DNA of 64,000 bases from Tubiluchus corallicola (lineage: Eukaryota > Animalia > Priapulida): the NCBI GenBank assembly GCA_030141605.1, contig JAQGDQ010000201.1, forward strand, positions 62,001 to 126,000. The letters are read 5' to 3'. Shown piece by piece: positions 25,737 through 39,452 of this stretch. Numbering within the stretch: the stretch's first letter is position 1; every line of letters starts with the position of its first letter. The notes under the pieces are model-generated. The model saw only the letters and a list, made by a program, of their open reading frames with translations. It was not told the origin of the DNA and searched no databases. The translations under genes and the position numbers were made by a program.

Positions 25737-26360
25737 AGTCTCATCTAAGTATTGATTTGGTATTTGGTACATTCAAGGGTTGACAGTCCCATACTAAATA
25801 TTGGTTTGGTAGTTGTTATATTTAAGGAATAACAGTCTCATACTAAGTATTGGTTTGGTATTTGTTATATTTAAGGAATAACAGTCTCATACTAAGTATT
25901 GGTTTGGTATTTGTTATATTTAAGGAATAACAGTCTCATACTAAGTATTGGTTTGGTATTTGTTATATTCAAGGGATAACAGTCTCACACTAAATACCGT
26001 TTCTTTTTACATTTGAGGAATAACAGTCTTACACTAAGTATTGGTTTTGGTATTTGTTACATTCAAGGAATACCGGTTTCATACTAAGCATTAGTCTTAG
26101 TATTTGTTACATTCAAGGAATACCTGTGCTATACTAAGTATTGGTTTGGTATTTGTTATATTCAATAACAGTCTAATACTAAGTACTGGTTTGGTATTTG
26201 TTATATTCAATAAATAACAGTCTCATACTAAGTACTGGTTCTGGTATTTCTTACATTCAAGGAATGCCAGTCTCATGCTAAGTATTGGTTTGGTATTTGT
26301 TATATTCAAGGGATAACAGCTTCGCACTAAAGTGTTGGTTTGGTTGTTTGTTATATTCTG
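25737..26360. repeat. 49-bp minisatellite, about 12-13 copies
   Basis: Unit aaggaataacagtctcatactaagtattggtttggtatttgttatattt recurs at 25824, 25873, 25922 and onward. Confidence 0.95.
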
Positions 26361-29300
26361 GAGATAAAATTTCTATTCTGTCAAACAAATTATTCACATC
26401 GACTGAAACTCGCCAAAAATGCGTTAACGCGATAGTGCCTGTGTCGTGACTGCATTTTGAATGAAATAAACAAGTTACAAATCCGTACATCTACATATTT
26501 AATATAACTGTAGCAACTTTTTGCAAAACCTTATAGCAGTATGTTGGCAAGCTTGATTCCTTTTTTGTTCGGCTAGGTTATCTTTTTAAAAACTTTTCAG
26601 ATGAGTGTATATGTAGCTATGGAAATGATAAATTTGCAGTTGTGCGTGCCAAAGTTTAAACATACGACAAACGATATAAAAGCTTCAGGTTCCTAAATTT
26701 CACAATAAAAATTAGTCTTTGCAGCTACTTTTTAAGCTTTTAGCTTTTGTAAGTATTTTTGTGAAAATAGTCAATGTTTGGAGGTTAAACTTAATTTTAG
26801 TTTGGATAATGACTACATATGCCGAGATACAACCCACAGAAGTTGTTCATGGCTTCAACTGTTGCTGACCAGTTTTAAGAACTGCAAGGTTTCGTTTTAC
26901 TTTCTGTTTTCGGACTAAAACTGTTAGTTTGTAATGTAGATTTCAGCCGTGGCAGCTGGCTTCCTGCAGAAGGCTAAGTACAGAAAGCTATTCTAAACAA
27001 TGAAGAAAATCCCAGGGAGGTCAAATTTTAAATTTTACTCTGAATTTTGGTACGTAGGTGCCTATATGTTGAAAAATTCTTTATAGAACGTTTTCCTGTA
27101 ATGATAGATGTTTCTAGCCTGGCTGTTTGCCACATTTGTCATGAGTAATCTCTTTTTAGTTGTTGACAGTCCGTAATCAGTTTTATAGTGCTAGTGGTGT
27201 ATAAATTGGCTTCTCGCAATTTGTCCCAAGTTGACCCCAAAATAAGCTAAAAGTTCAAGAAGCGACCTTGTGTGTCACAGCAGGGATGCATGCTATACTG
27301 TTGTTTTACTGTACAAATTTCTGATAAAGAATTTAAAGCAACAGTTCTCTCTCATTCTGGCTGCTCTTTTCTTAGTTTCACAGCGTCTACATGGCAAATT
27401 GAAAAATCATGATGCATTTGTTATAATTATTTCTATATGCCTTGGCTGCTGAGGTAACATGTGCCATTTTTCTTTGCTAGAGGCAGTACGCCTCCATACA
27501 AAGCATAAAGATAATCTGATCGTTTTTTTCATAGATAAGCGCTTGCTAGTAGGACATTGTAGCAAACTGCAAAAATGTGCTAGTTCTGTGTATGTCGAAT
27601 CCTCTTTGTCAGTTATTTGTTACAGTTATACAGAAACGCTGCTTTTTAACCATTTATTTCTTAATTGTATAATAATCTTGAAACATGGCCAGAAATTTGT
27701 CGTGCACGTCAATTCAAGCAGCATCCCCAAGTCGATGGAAACCTGCATTAAACGCAATATCTAATTTATCTAATCCCCATAAATGTAATACAGCTTGCTA
27801 GATCTGTTAGATTTTCAGGCAGGCAGTTTTTGTTTCTCTAAAGTCTCTTGTTTCTCCAGAAATGTTTCTTCAAATCAAGTCACCAGCATTTTAGCTATAA
27901 GCAACTCATTGTGTTAAGGACGCCCAAACCATGTCAGAAAGCTTTACAACAACTTTCGCCTTTTAGGGGTTTTTCGATGAAGAAATGAACGGAAATTGTC
28001 ACAGATCAAGCCGAACATTTTCACTGACTATACGCAACTCATCATTACTATTATTTTGTTTTATTTATTCCTGCCGTAAATCAGATCATGGCGAACCACT
28101 GCAACTCGTTTCCCGCGGATATTATTGTGATAACAGTAATCATATTGCATGAAGCCCTTGGTGAACGGCTATAATACACTGACTGTGTGTTGTCAGTGAC
28201 GAAAATGTGTTTATACAAGCCGCTCCGTAATGTTGTGACAGCGCCACCAGTACCAGCAACGCACATTGGGGTTTTGTTTTAACTTTAACCCTCGCAAACC
28301 GGAAAATAGCTACAGTTGGTCATCTTAGCTAGATTTTTGTATACTCCATTGCCTCTATGTTACACCTAATGGCGCGTTTAGACAAGAAAGCTTTCTCGCC
28401 CAGTTAACTCGCCAAGTAACACGCAAGAGTGTTCAGACAAGAGAGCAAAACTTGCTGCGAGTTATTGTCTGACAGTGAGCACGAGCTGACACTCTCTTCT
28501 CTATTCACTGCGAGAAGTGTCGAGAATAACTCGCGAGGCGTTCACATTAGACAGTAACTCGCAGGAAATCAACTCGCAACAACTGTCGGAGAGTTTACAA
28601 TAACTTTCCTACAGTAACTCACAAAGCAGTCAACAATTGCGAGTTTGCTGTCAGAGAAAAAAACTCACGACAGAAAACATGATAGTCTAGACTCGTGGAA
28701 CCTAGAATGCTGGACGTTTGGCTGTTTTTATCACGAGTCTTAACTTTCACCAGAATATGTATAAGCAACATCAGTAACAACAAGGAATGTGACGATGGCG
28801 ACAACACACTAAAGTGCCTAAAGAGATTCCCGCAGTAGACCTACAACTAAAGCTTTAGGAAATTTGTAATGCACCATGTGACACCTACAATCATTCATAA
28901 CCGAAGAACACCCTAATGTTCAGGTTGCAAACAAGACTGTAACTTAACAATCAATACTCTGCTACAAAAGGACGTAACAGAAGATGTTGAAATTAAATTC
29001 GATTTGCTAAGTAGATCAAAGAAGGCTCGACGCTAAACAAAGCTACAAGAAAATGGCAAGATAAAGCTTTACACGTAGTGGTAATAGTAATTGTGGCTAA
29101 TAGTACTGAACACGTAATAGGCGAACAAAATTTCCATTTTAAAATTGTATTGGACATCCCATGATCACTCAAATATTAGCTCAAAATTTCGTGTTCGATT
29201 CAAAAACAGTAATACCAATAGGAGCAGATGCTCGGGGTATTTGAACTGTTGATCGTTTAGTTTCTGAATTTATTTTCGTCAGAGCTCCATCCACAATTCT

Positions 29301-30229
29301 CAACAATTCTTGAAAAGACATTGAAAAATGGAATTTGTAAATATTATGCCACAGCAAATTCTTTTCGATTGATATACGAATTTAGTGGTAAATTTTAAAT
29401 CATTCTGTCAATCATAGTTTATTGGATAAAAACAGATTTACGAGAACACACGTTCACTGCATACAAAGTACCAAAAAATGCAAGTACAAAATGATACATA
29501 ACACGTTGCAAAGCATAAAAACAACACCAAACCCTAATGTATGCTAAAAACCCAACTCTGCATGCGCATGCATCACGATTACTGCAAGACGCGAGTTGCT
29601 TAATGACATCAAAGTAATACATGAATGTAAATGTAGTTTATGTAAGGTTATTTATTGAGTAATTGACATTTTATAGACAACGACGATGACTAGCCTTTTA
29701 TTTCAAAAGACATGTTTACGTAAATCGGCTTAGTAGCAGGCAAAGTTTTAACTTAATTATAAGTGTACATATATACACGGTGATACATTGATGATACAAT
29801 GTTAAAGGTATGCATTACTAATACGAATTTACTAAGACTGTCAAAAATTATAACTAGAAAATACTTTTGCTGATATTAAAATTATTACGCAGGATGCCAA
29901 ATGGCTAACTAATCTAGAGATGGTATTTATCACAATGATTAGAGGGAATATTTGCATCTATGTGCAAATTTCTAGCCATCTAAGTCTAGTTTGTAGTTGA
30001 GATATATCATTGAAAATTTCAGCACAGAAATAAATTTTGCAGAGATGGGAATAATAATATTTTCTTTTACAATATTTACAAATGTGGCAACTAAAGGTTT
30101 ATCTTCTTAGAACGTAGATATCGGAAATAGTGCCAAAACCTAAAGCTCTTCTGAAGTTTAATCTCTTTTCTTGACTAGCACGTATATACGTCTGCGTCTC
30201 CGGCTTTGGAGACGATGTATATATATATG

Positions 30230-30289
30230 TTGTTCAGACTAGGATATATATATATCCTAGTATATATATATATATCCTAGTCTGAACAA
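30230..30289. repeat. 60-bp palindrome with (TA)n core
   Basis: TTGTTCAGACTAGGATATATA ... TATATATCCTAGTCTGAACAA, perfect 21-bp arms. Confidence 0.9.
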
Positions 30290-32199
30290 AAAATCACGAA
30301 AATTGCTCTGCCCTGTTAAAAAACTGATAAACGATGTTCCAATTAGCATCTCAGATGCGCGAAGATTCAGATCAAGTGGTGCACAAGATATCGCATGATT
30401 CAACGACTTATTTGTGGATGCGATTACCATTTGTTGCCGGTTTTGGAGACGATTGTACCATCTGTGGCATATAATTACAGGAGCTTATGTTTGCTTTTGA
30501 GTATGTTACAATGCGATTGTCAATATCAGCAAGAGAAGAGGCGTACTTCTTAGACACGCATTCCACGTGTGACTTAAATCCTGTTTGATTTTTACAATAG
30601 GCATATATGATGTAATATAATAATTATGTTATATTTGCCTTGTTGATATAATCATCGTCTGTTTCCCCCCTTGAAAGATTGTCCCATTGAATTTTTTTTA
30701 ATGAAAGACGTTAGATCTGAAAGAAACATCTAACAGTTGGAAGTCAGTGTTAATTTGTTTAACGGCCGACCTCAAGCAAATTTTGTCCTTCAGTCTTCGA
30801 AAAGGGGTAGTATTTTGACGCGACGGCGGCGATTAATAATATTAAGTACACTAAAATAACGAATAGTCGAATCTGTAGTTGCTCTTGATTGTCTCCATTT
30901 TCACATGACAGTTTACATGTAAATTGATTCTATGTGTAATCAATGTTCTCATTTTTACGTGTACATTATTTTTATGGAAACGTGCGCTTTTCACTGCGAT
31001 TTCAAGTGAAATCAACGTTCTAATTTCATGTAAAATACATACGGTATTTTCTATTATAGCCTGTTCAAATGCTAATTTAGCGTAATATTCAGATGTTCGT
31101 TGTAGCACATTAGAATTTTGCACTACCATGCTCATCACGTTTAAATTCCGATAGAATCAAGGTGAATGTGCTATTTGGGTAATAGCTAGCATTACTATTA
31201 ATAACTGTACCATACTTTAATAGCCCGTCTATAAATTCTGCAAGCCTATTATATAATGCTCCATTTTCGTGATTTCTAATTTTTTGTAACAAACTTATTA
31301 TTACCAAAATGTTTTTGTTTTTGCTGTACGTAACGTTTTATACGCTATTTATATACGAATTATTTAGCCCGTAGAGCTGTACACTAGCGTCACCTAACAG
31401 AAGATTTGCTAACGCATAATACGCAATAAATCCTAGACTAGACTCCAAAATGCCTAGACCAGCTTCAAAAAATTAGCAGCCCTTTGATTAGCGGATTTTG
31501 TGTTGCCACGTTTTTGTCACGACATTATATATTTGGTTATTTCAGTGATATAATTATGAGAGGCTCGATCTGATTATCGTAGCTTGCGTAATGCATATTT
31601 TCATTAGTTGAAAAATTGAGTTCAAATTTACAAAATTAAGTAAGAACTTCTTAGATACTGACTGTTCAAAAACAAAAAAGAATAAAACCATTTCGGAAAG
31701 TGCATTTTATTTCTACTTTATTTATTACAGAAACATAAAATAGCAGCTCCTTTAGAATTTCAGCTAATTTCTGTAGTTTCCTTTTTAAGACAAGGAATTG
31801 GCAGTTTTAAAAATAGAAAATACTAAGAGGCTATCCTTAATATTGCTGTTTCAGGGTAAATTAGCAACATTTTAGCTATACGCAAATTGGGACATTGAAA
31901 CAACAATTCATGGGCTAACTTAATTTTGACAAATTTTAAAACCGTAGATAAGATTCATAAAAAGTGATTTTATTTTGAAAGGCTTGCCTGTTTAGACTTC
32001 AGTTCGTTCAATGCCCAAAATATGCAAGTAACACATTACCACAAGCAGAAAATTTTACAATATGTCGGTATCATTTAAAACCGTGTAGGCCTATTTCGAG
32101 GTACCAGTGTAATTACGTAATACGTACATTTCCTAACTGCGTGTGACGATTACTCTTTAGCGAGATTTTGACGCAAAAGTAGTCAAAACTGATTAGGAT

Positions 32200-32618
32200 T
32201 TGGCAACACTGAGCACACTGCAGCGGAACAGATGTTATTCGTTAACGAGAAGTTGTGCAAACAGTCGTACTGCTTCGAAGGAAATTTCATGATGTTGTCA
32301 GCGTTAGAGTTGCTGTATTTATTATAGTTCTGTCGACGTCTGTGGGTTTTAGTTCAGCATAGGTAATGATCTGCTTCTAGTGCAGTTTCAATAGTTTCAA
32401 ACTTGCTTGCCTACTTGTTACACAACTTAAAGATACTTGACTGCTCCGTGGCGTACAACTTGCAGTAGTGATCTGTGACTTCTTAGTGGCTATAAGTCTA
32501 ATTATATTAGTAAAGTAAACTAAGAAGTTCTGCAATCATTATCCAATAAATTAAGTACCGAAGCATTGTCGTGAAATTTGAAACTTTTCACAGGCATACT
32601 TCATTATGGACAAAAGAG
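32200..32618 (+). promoter_or_regulatory. Candidate promoter and first non-coding exon(s) of the RhoGEF gene
   Basis: TGGCAACACTG motif at about 32201, locally more CpG, donors at 32363 (AG/GTAATG) and 32619 (AG/GTAAGT), acceptor cttttcacag at 32593; T-rich intron-like DNA follows. Inference only. Confidence 0.35.
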
Positions 32619-33675
32619 GTAAGTACAGTTTTCACCCATCATCGCAGTTAACAGTCGAGGGTGTAGACTACATCCGACGAATATCAATAGCGGTATACTG
32701 CTTGGCGTAGTATCCGTATAATTGTTACTTTTCAACTAATTGGGAAGGAATTTCAAGTAAGCATTTCAGCTGTGTAGCTTCATAAATCGTACAGTTTCAC
32801 CATAAAATGGAAGAACAGATACAACGTGTCAAATTTAAAGGCCTGTACAACATGCATGTAAGCCTGTTGCGTGATTTAGTAGCCAGAATGTTAAATAGTT
32901 AATGCTGAATGGTAAGTGGTAATTTCTTTTGTTTAAAGCATTACCTATGTGCTCAATGTTACCAAACTTTGATAATTATTTTATTATAATATTGTTCTGA
33001 GAGCCACTTCTTGGTATGCAAGAGGTACATTGAGTTGCTTTTTATGGCAGATACCATCTAAAACAGTGCTCCATGGGACAATATACTGATTAAACTCCCA
33101 ATTACCTTGACACAAAAATTGTAAAAGTAGATTAATATCTGCTGAGAGGCCCAAACAAGGAAATTCACAATTGTTTGGGTTTCAATATCAATATCAATTT
33201 TGTTTGACCTTCACTGGTTTCTGATTAAATACAGGGTAGATTTTAAAATATTACTGCTTGTTTACAAATGTGTGCATCAGCTGGCGCCCGGTTGTCTTTA
33301 GGAGTTAATTTCGTGGTGTCTTTCACAAGGTAGCTTTCCTTCAGCAAATTTAATGAACTTGGTCCAACTGAGAACAAAACTAGTCACTTGTGGAGGACAT
33401 CTTTCTCATCTGCCACTCCTCTGTGCCAGAGACAAACACCTATTCACCTATGGTCAGAGTCACTATAAACTTAAAAAACACGCTTCAAAACCTTTTTATT
33501 CCACAAAGCTTTAAACTTGTAATTACTTATTACTTAATCAAATTAATTTAATTGAATTTACATTGTAACTATGCCTTAAATTTTATAATTATGTATAATG
33601 TAATAAATGGATTATTTGTCTATACCTAGTTTTATTGTAGCATACAATTTTTAAGCCCAGTCATATTGTGTTGGT

Positions 33676-33685
33676 ATTATTATTA

Positions 33686-33748
<63 letters not shown>
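33676..33748. repeat. (ATT)n microsatellite
   Basis: Seen directly. Confidence 0.97.
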
Positions 33749-33749
<1 letters not shown>

Positions 33750-34411
33750 ATTAGAGGCTTGTATTCAGTAGACAGTAGACAGGTATAACCAGCTGGACAA
33801 AAAACTAACCTGGAAATCAATGGGGAATGGGCCACATATAACATTAGGGTTCCTTGCTTTTCTGCCTAAGTTTTGTCAGTGATTTGATTACTACGTGGCA
33901 TAATCAGAAAGTGCTACCATTTTGGTCTGATGTAAAACATCTGTAAATTGTTTAGGTTACTAAGGGTGAGTTTTGTCCATTGTAATGATGATAGAAACGA
34001 CGTAAACTGTAATTATAAAAATTTTGGTGTATTTTTAAAATTTATAGTAGTTGTTGGATTGTTAATGGTTTTTAAAGGTGATGGCCAGATGGGAAATTTT
34101 TGGTGAATCTCGCTTTATGTAATAATTGTATTACATAAAACCATCTCATTTGAACATTGACACCCATATAATATTTCTAACTTAATGCAAAATGGAACCT
34201 CTGCATCAGCGCTGTCCTTCAATTGATGTTCCAGCAGATAGACACTGGGCAGCCTGGACTACTAATATATAGATAAGTGGGCTGTTTCGACGTTAACAAT
34301 GTTAGCATGGTTTAATCAGATAAGAATAAGACACTATAAGGCTTAAATGTATATACCGCTATCAAGTGAAACTTACGTACGCTAGCTACTATGTTTGCTT
34401 AGGAAACTGAA

Positions 34412-34678
34412 CAAGTGTTCTCCTGTCGGTTCTCTTCAGCTTTTAAATCTTTCGTTTTGTGTATATGATATTGTATGGACTGACTAGGTAATAAATTTTC
34501 AAGTGTTCTCCTGTCGGTTCTCTTCAGCTTTTAAATCTTTCGTTTTGTGTATATGATATTGTATGGACTGACTAGGTAATAAATTTTCAAGTGTTCTCCT
34601 GTCGGTTCTCTTCAGCTTTTAAATCTTTCGTTTTGTGTATATGATATTGTATGGACTGACTAGGTAATAAATTTTCAA
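34412..34678. repeat. Perfect 88-bp tandem triplication
   Basis: Identical units start at 34412, 34500 and 34588. Confidence 0.97.
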
Positions 34679-36628
34679 TTTTGTGGGCTATATAAATTAT
34701 TATGTTGTACGTACTATATTTGCATTGAAGGACTATGTCTAGCCCTATGTAAGAATTATCACCTGAGTCTGTGTATTTAGATCCCGGTTTAGATTGTTTT
34801 CCTTGTAGACTTGCAATTAAAGTACTTGACCCTGTAGAATGCGGTTCTTCAACCTTAAACCTTAGGCCAAATCAGTTAGATTATTGACCTTGACAAACTT
34901 AAACAGATGGCTATTATAATCACCCTGTCATTTAGCAATTACATGTTAAAGCAAGGCAGATAAACTGTCAAGGGTCTAAATTAGTAACTTGACATTTTAT
35001 GGTTTTAATTGGTTTTCAGCAAAAAGTGTTGTGAAATTTGTTTTTTATTATGTTATTTCATTTATGTGTGCAATTCCGTATTTATGCGTTTAAATTCTAC
35101 AGTACTGTTTACCCGTATGCCAGTGAGGCACCGGTACTACCAGCTAAAATTAATGTGCATCCAAGTGTGAGACAACAAGCTGGTACTGACGGGGCCTACA
35201 GTTCAACTACAGTAGCTCAACAGCCTCAACAGTTCGTTGCAATTGTGATACCGAGTTGCCTTAGACCAGTTCGTAGTTTCTTTCTTTCGTGGGTTTTTGC
35301 AATGTAAATATAGCCTGAGTTTTAAGTACCCTAAACCAGTCTCGTGTTTCGTGGTGCTGTAGTCAAATTACCTGATATGCGTGGGCGTTTCCCGTATTTA
35401 AGGTGAGTGTTCAGGTGTCTACGCGCTACATACTTAGAAACGCAGATTTGATCATTTCGTCAACTTGTTTAGCTGATTTTGGGAAAATAGAATTAAAGAC
35501 TGGCTCTTGTACTGTGGACCTATAGTGCAACAGATAACGGCCAGCTAATTAAAAGCAGATCCCAGAATCTAATTATTTACACCAGTTAAACCCCAACAAG
35601 TTTGACTGTGAAGTAGTTACACTCTTTCAATTTACCAGTATTATTAAAGTTTTTTATCCAGTTTGTGTGACATGATACAGTGATACAGATTCATGTAATG
35701 ACTAAGTTATAGTGGAACGTCATCTTATTTCAGAACGACGTTTTGCTAACATAAAATGATGAAACTCGTTAAAATGTGCAGTTATTTCATTAATTAACTT
35801 TCAATTTATGAGGCACTGTGTAATTTATGTATCATTAATTTCAGTTGTTCTGTAAATTTTTACACTCACTGGATTCAAATCTGAGTCTGTGCCTCAGAAC
35901 TGCAAATGTGTAGGTTTTGATATCTATGTACACATTATTTAATTATATTACAAATTAATTTGTAAATGTTTCAACCTTCTTAAATTTAAAACAACCTAAA
36001 TTGAGCTTTTCGACTGCCATCAAATTAACAGGTCACATGTCTCCCATTTGTTATACAATTATCACATTAATCAAACATACTTACGTAACTAGTGTGAATA
36101 GAGCTTAATGCTACACAAGCATAATTAATGTTGAATCCTATCAGATGTAGGGAGGACGTATATGAACTCATACTAATAAATTTATTGGGCTAACACAGAA
36201 CATTAGTCAAAATATAAAATCATAAAAATGTTGTTTAGAATTTTAATAAATTCATGCTTGGCTTTAAATTTCGGTAGAGCTGTAGGTACTTTTATTTATA
36301 ATGTCAATGTAAATAAAAGATTATTATTAGGGTTACTACACACAAATCACTTAACCGTTGAACAAGTGATCTCTCGGACCACTAACATTTTGGCTGTTGT
36401 TACCATTCTGGCTTTGTAGCCGTAAAAGTATTAGGGTAAACGCTGTAGCAGTTTTGCTAACGCAAATGTGTATTTTGTTAAATGACAGATAATTTCAAAA
36501 CCGATAGGTGGTGGGACTGTTAGGCTGAAGAAACAGAGCTGAGTGTTTTTACCTTTGATAAATAACTGGTTTTTACATTTTGAGTTAAGCAATTGCTAAT
36601 GCATACTGTTTTCATTTCTTTTTTCTAG

Positions 36629-36838
36629 TTTCAGGATTTTGTGCAACTTTGCACGCAATGTAGTGATTTCATTGATGGATGGAAATCTTTAAAACACACA
36701 GTGCTTAGATGTTAGCTTACATGCACGCATATAGAACTTTTTAACAAGGAGTGATAAATCAGGGTTTCTGAATACCTGACAACACTAATCCTGGATTAAT
36801 TGCAAGCTTGAATCTTCTCTTCCTAACTGGATAGCAAA
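36629..36838 (+). other. Candidate non-coding (5' UTR) exon of the RhoGEF gene
   Basis: Strong acceptor tttcatttcttttttctag and donor GTAAGT at 36839; no recognisable coding content. Confidence 0.45.
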
Positions 36839-39349
36839 GTAAGTTGAATTGGCTTTCAAAATTGTAATTGTACAGACGTTTGTAGTTCTCGAGTTTGCAA
36901 TTTCAGGCTTGAGTGAGTATTACAAACTACATATTCAGTCAATTCATGTAAGTTATGAATTCATGATGTATCTTTCGCTATTTTTTTATTTCACAGTAAA
37001 CAATAAGAACTGCCAACCTAATAGTATCATTGGTCTGCATTTGGAATTTTTCGAAAAAATAACAAGAACAGAGTGGAATTGACTTAGGTACACAATTGTG
37101 TAACAGTGAAAACGCATTTTTGTCACATTTTATGGTGTTGCCACTGTGTTGGCTTTTGTACATGTATGTTCAGTAAAAACACAAAATGTTGGCTTATGTA
37201 CAGGTTTCTGCGTAATGAGGTTGCAAATTGACATGGAATGCCTTACAACAATTTTGAAAAATGCAGCGTTAAAAATGCTAAATGGACATGGTTAACCGCT
37301 TGCATACAAAGTTGTGGAAAAAGCAGATTAAGTTGATCTTTGTGCAAGTTTAACTTTATTAGCTATTAAAAGAATATGCCTTTACATATTTAAATTTTAC
37401 TCATTATTAAAAGAAAATTTTCTTGGTTTCTGTTAGTGTTTTTCGACAATCATTTACAGCCAGCTGAACATCTTATGATTTTGTTAATTTAGGAAACAAA
37501 ATTTTAGTGACTTTGGTAAATGCCCCGTTTATTTCTGACAATTTTTTGCTGTGTAAAGGATGCTGATGAAATTGTTTAAGTTTAAATACCGCTGCCAGCT
37601 TGTCAAGTTGTGAAAAAACAGGAACTTCAGGAAGGCTTACCCATAGGATGTCTGGCCCATTAGGGTCTGTGGATGGGGAGTGGTATCTTGGACCAAATTA
37701 ATTGCAAGCCATAAGTTAATCAAACGGGTAGAAGAATTTATGAAGAAAATCGATTAGAAAAATGTGTGCAGTAAGGCTGTTCTCCTAAAAAGGCTGCATA
37801 ATTAAGCAACATTGAGCTTCTTAGTAAATCGATGGGTGTTCACCTAGGTAACTACCCTTGGGCAGTTTTATCTGCACTAAGGTGGCGATTATTTCTATCA
37901 CTGAGAAAATCCAAATATGATTATGGATTAGGTGCCGGCACTTAAATGCTGATTTAGGTGCTTAAATGCTCATGGCGCCTCACCCGAACCATCTCAAAAG
38001 AGCTAGGGGTTCATACCTGAGTTACATGTTAGAGACCTGGATTTTAAACTTCCAATGTGCTGAACTGCATTTATTTATAAATGAAGAACATAATATTAAT
38101 TTAGTTTTATCAAATTGTGAGCCAATAATAAATTTTGACAAGGCTTCTCTTTTAGCTTTAATTGCATCATGAAGAAGCTGTGTATCGAATATGCATTACA
38201 CAGTTTGTTGAGTGCAGTAACCTTTGCCTTGCTTGCTGCTTAGATACGCCTTGTTTTGCAAGTGCCTTGCAGCAGCCAAATGCGTTCTTAAGATAGCACA
38301 AAGATCCTGAGAAAAAACATAAAAAATCCTAACTGCTGTTCAACAGACTTTGGGTTAGGAAGCCAGTTGCTGAGCTGTCTCGTGGATGAATCCGTGAGAA
38401 TATTCAGTAAGTATAGAGTGGCTTCTAATACAAGCTTGCGGAAATGTTCTTGCGTCGGGCGTTTACGCATGCCGTCATAGTTTTAGCTTAGCAGCTTGGG
38501 TAGCCACTGATGACCCACACTAAAGACAACGCCTGACAGTATAATTGTACATAGTTGATTTCAGAGAGCAGAATTGCTTATCGTTTGTGTTAGAAAACAA
38601 TTTATTACTGCTGCGGCCGAATTTACAAAATAATTATATGCAGTGAGACTTGAGTGCCTGTACTTGCGTGATTTTATTATTGACGAAATGCGGATGTGTT
38701 ATTACCATTCTTTGTAGTTCGGAATCGTAGGCTGCTTTATTGAAATCGATTTAGTGAATCGTTACGGAATACAGAAAACTTTCCACGTTCTGCAAGTTAT
38801 ATTCAGCGTGAAGTGTAACATTACACTGTGAACTTGTAAAGTGTACGTATTATAACCTGTGAATTACTCATTACAGTTAAGGCCACTGGGTAGAAACTGA
38901 TGGACTTTCTGTCTGTGAAGTTTTTATCGCCAATTAGGTCATTTCTTTTTTGCAAGTTTCTTTTCGTATTAAAGTCAGTGTTGTCATTGTAAGTGTTTGT
39001 TTCAAAAACTAAATCCATACATTGCTGGTACTCACTAAAGACATCTTGCTTGCTTTCGTGAGACACCCTGCCACACAATGATTGGTAAGTTGTAGTTTGT
39101 AAATATTTATCTACTTAAACTTTTTACATTTCGATTACTTTTTTGTAATATTACTTAGATCCTAAAGATATGAATTATGAGTTTGTATGACTATGGGCCT
39201 ACAGTGTGCAGATATTGTATGTAGTTCCGTGTGCACAGCTGTTAAAGGTTGGCGTAAAGAATCGATATTAATTATGAGCATGGACAACTTTCCAAATTCC
39301 CATAAAGTTATTGAATCATTATCATCATAATAATTATTAAACTGAGCGA

Positions 39350-39452
39350 AGAGAATAGCCTAGTGGTCTTGATATGTGCTTGCCTACGAAATTAAGCAAT
39401 GTTGGGTTCGGTTAACAAATGGATGAGTGGATGAGTGACTACCTAAGAAACT
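39350..39452 (+). mobile_element. SINE remnant with tRNA A-box-like head and 5S rRNA-derived segment
   Basis: TAGCCTAGTGG followed by GAAATTAAGCAATGTTGGGTTCGGTTAACAAATGGATGAGTG..ACTACCTAAGAA, resembling the 5S internal control region (GAAGTTAAGCA...GGTTAGTACTTGGATGGGTGACCGCCTGGGAA); weaker copies at 37801-37848 and 58621-58677. Confidence 0.6.

Noticed and set aside
25737-26360. Regularly spaced repeats resembling a CRISPR array
   Set aside because: Units are contiguous with no unique spacers, there are no cas genes, and the context is eukaryotic; it is a minisatellite
28368-28700. Harbinger-like terminus (TAA-TGGCGCGTTTAGAC) with ACTCGC repeats
   Set aside because: I could not find a matching opposite TIR or TSD; left unclassified
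39350-39452. Functional 5S rRNA gene
   Set aside because: Only the internal segment matches, with an 8-nt duplication and no 5S termini or terminator
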